Shown here in pieces: positions 62,108 to 64,000 of a stretch of DNA of 64,000 nucleotides. Within the stretch, counting starts at the first letter, position 1. Each line of letters opens with the position of its first letter. A model generated the notes under the pieces. It ran no database searches and was not told the DNA's origin. It saw nothing but the letters and a program-made list of their open reading frames with translations. A program made the position numbers and the translations under genes. Source of the DNA: Candidatus Levyibacteriota bacterium (lineage in GTDB: Bacteria; Patescibacteriota; Microgenomatia; Levybacterales; UBA12049); assembly GCA_003152105.1 (NCBI GenBank), contig PLZJ01000003.1, positions 70,899 to 134,898 of the forward strand. The letters run 5' to 3'.

Positions 62108-62665
62108 TTATGTGGAACGCGCGATGATGACCAGTGCTTCATCCAACTTGGTTTCGACCAAAGCTGAAAGAGATGACTCTGCTCGAACTCGACAAACATT
62201 GCAAATTGCCAAATGCTCTAAAGCTCCATCAGGAAGTTGCGTGACGTCAGAAAGTGTAAGATCCTCCCAATCCTTTGTCGTATCCCACGGAAAATGTTCG
62301 AGCAGAATCTCGTACCAGCGATATTTGAAATGTTGCTCGCAAAGCAAAGTTGCCAGAATTCTCCATGCACCATGCGATACGACCGCAAAACACATAGCAC
62401 CAATGGCTTCGAGTTCGCTTTGATATAGCACTTCTGCCACATCCAAGACGACAATGAATGAAAGATTCTCAATTTTTGCCCGGACAGTTTCACTACTGTT
62501 TGAAAGCATGTTTATTTCCGGAATATGAGTCCTCTCAATCAGCAGCATTTCCTCGACTGGACAATCTGTCAAAGAGAAACGATTAGTATCGCTTAGAAAC
62601 TGGCTTGGAAACTTATCTACGTGCTTCTTGCTAAAGGTATCGACAAAATTGGTTCTCAACTCCAT
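62108..62665 (-). CDS. orphan protein (cassette 8)
   Basis: AGGAG SD; 185 aa. Confidence 0.65.
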   Translation of the reverse strand: MELRTNFVDTFSKKHVDKFPSQFLSDTNRFSLTDCPVEEMLLIERTHIPEINMLSNSSETVRAKIENLSFIVVLDVAEVLYQSELEAIGAMCFAVVSHGAWRILATLLCEQHFKYRWYEILLEHFPWDTTKDWEDLTLSDVTQLPDGALEHLAICNVCRVRAESSLSALVETKLDEALVIIARST

Positions 62666-62703
62666 GCTCCTATATTATTTAGTTAGTTGAATAAAGTCTC
62701 CTA

Positions 62704-63282
62704 CTATGCAGCTCCAGCCCCTTGGTAGATGACAAGATCTATATCGCTTGGGAAAGGACTTTCTTGTATGACATGGTCATTCCCCAAAAGCATACTATGA
62801 TTCTTGTTAACAAAGGCCGTTTGCTGACAGACAGCAAGCATATCACGTGCGAATTCGTAATTTTGCTTGGAACTTCGTCCGGCACATGATACGACAAATC
62901 CACCTTTCCCAACGATTGATCTTGCAAAGAAAGGATCTCCCATTTGGTATAGGTAAGAAGCTTCTTCCACAAAATCATCAGAAGAACAAAGTGTTCTCCA
63001 TGCTTTAAACGCTTCGCGTATGGCAATCTCTACGTAGTGAGTCGGCTCTTCCTTACTTACGCCAAAACGCCCCACAAAATAACATATATTCCGTACAAAA
63101 TACGGCCATAAGCCATCGCGTGGTAGCCCTGGAGAAAATATGGGAATTGCTGGATCTGTTACAACAACGACTAGTTCAGTCACAAGTGAGATTTGTCTGT
63201 TGGCGTTGGTATACATATCGACAACATATTTAAAATCTCTCTCGACATCTGATCTCGAAAGAAATGTACTGCCACTCATCAC
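62704..63282 (-). CDS. orphan protein, weakly GlcG-like C-terminal half (cassette 8)
   Basis: AGGAGG SD; GGFVVSCAG...NYEFA. Confidence 0.6.
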   Translation of the reverse strand: MMSGSTFLSRSDVERDFKYVVDMYTNANRQISLVTELVVVVTDPAIPIFSPGLPRDGLWPYFVRNICYFVGRFGVSKEEPTHYVEIAIREAFKAWRTLCSSDDFVEEASYLYQMGDPFFARSIVGKGGFVVSCAGRSSKQNYEFARDMLAVCQQTAFVNKNHSMLLGNDHVIQESPFPSDIDLVIYQGAGAA

Positions 63283-63304
63283 TGCCTCCTTTTCCTATCT
63301 TTTG

Positions 63305-63670
63305 TTAAGCATCTGAAATGGGGAGTATATCCGAAACTCTAAGCGATGCCTTGTCTCCAATTGGAATAATCTCGTAATGTGAAGAAAATGCATCATCAAA
63401 TGCAAAGTGCCCACAGTCGAGTAAAACAAGCTGAGTAGTTGTAAAGTAACTATATTCTTGATCGAATTGATGATATCTCCATGTCCCTTCTTGCTCACGT
63501 ATTGCTACCCAATCAAGCATAAAGATGACAAAGATTTCAGCGAGTATAATTCTTCGAATCTGTGCTTGCAGTACCTTTCCAACTTCTTCAATTAGTAATT
63601 GTCCTCCCGATAGTTCTGGATTTTTGGTAATGAAGTCTGACCACGTAATCGTTCTTTTTGAAAGTTCCAT
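63305..63670 (-). CDS. orphan protein (cassette 8)
   Basis: AAGGA SD; 121 aa. Confidence 0.65.
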   Translation of the reverse strand: MELSKRTITWSDFITKNPELSGGQLLIEEVGKVLQAQIRRIILAEIFVIFMLDWVAIREQEGTWRYHQFDQEYSYFTTTQLVLLDCGHFAFDDAFSSHYEIIPIGDKASLRVSDILPISDA

Positions 63671-64000
63671 GTAAATTTCCTTTTGTTTTTTATCTTCAAA
63701 TGAGACAATAGAAAGACAGTATTTGTATCTTCCTGTTGCCTCACTGAAGTATTCTATGAAAGTTGTTAATGTGCAAAAATACTTTTTGCCACTTAAAAAA
63801 CAGCTATTGTTTTAAAGTAGACAAAATGTTTGGAAAGTATATCAAAATCGAGGCTAGATTACAAATCTATAGGATTATTTATTGCAAAACTGATATCTTA
63901 TTTGGTTTTTTGAGGATCTCTATTTTCAATTCGCTCGCTTGCAATTGGAGAACTATGCAGCGTATTATCAGGAATACTATTTCGCTGAATAATATCTTTT

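Larger units (their letters stand above)
61965..63873 (-). other. boxA-leader cassette 8
   Basis: TATACT 63841, AGCTGT 63805, TGCACATTAACAA 63775-63763, three ORFs, 3' structure 61970-62061. Confidence 0.78.

Noticed and set aside
1..64000. CRISPR array, IS or prophage
   Set aside because: No regularly spaced repeats, transposase or phage structural genes were recognised.

Overview
AT-rich bacterial chromosomal DNA with no rRNA, tRNA, CRISPR array or transposase. The gene style suggests a CPR/Patescibacteria (Microgenomates-like) organism; this is inference. Backbone genes include dinB, a two-component pair, a DmpA peptidase, an HxlR/FMN reductase pair, an M20 amidohydrolase, a CofE-like ligase, XerC/D, GH18, a sortase with its substrate, a 13-kb glycan operon and a Fur/Zur-linked metal ABC transporter. 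Many of these look leaderless, with the -10 box 5-12 nt before the start codon. The main discovery is eight dispersed units of 0.9-2.3 kb with unrelated orphan cargo but one shared non-coding architecture. In order: sigma70 promoter, then after about 30 nt (A/T)GC(T/C)(G/A)T, then after about 24 nt a boxA-like TGCACATTAACAA, usually a long leader hairpin, Shine-Dalgarno-led orphan ORFs, and a multibranched 3' RNA structure often followed by a C/A-rich tail. This looks like an uncharacterised antitermination-licensed cassette or expression system. Other points of interest are a leader-peptide attenuator, a four-module glycosyltransferase-flippase fusion, and sortase and PEF-CTERM sorting signals in the same window. 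All protein calls come from motif recognition by eye, not database searches.
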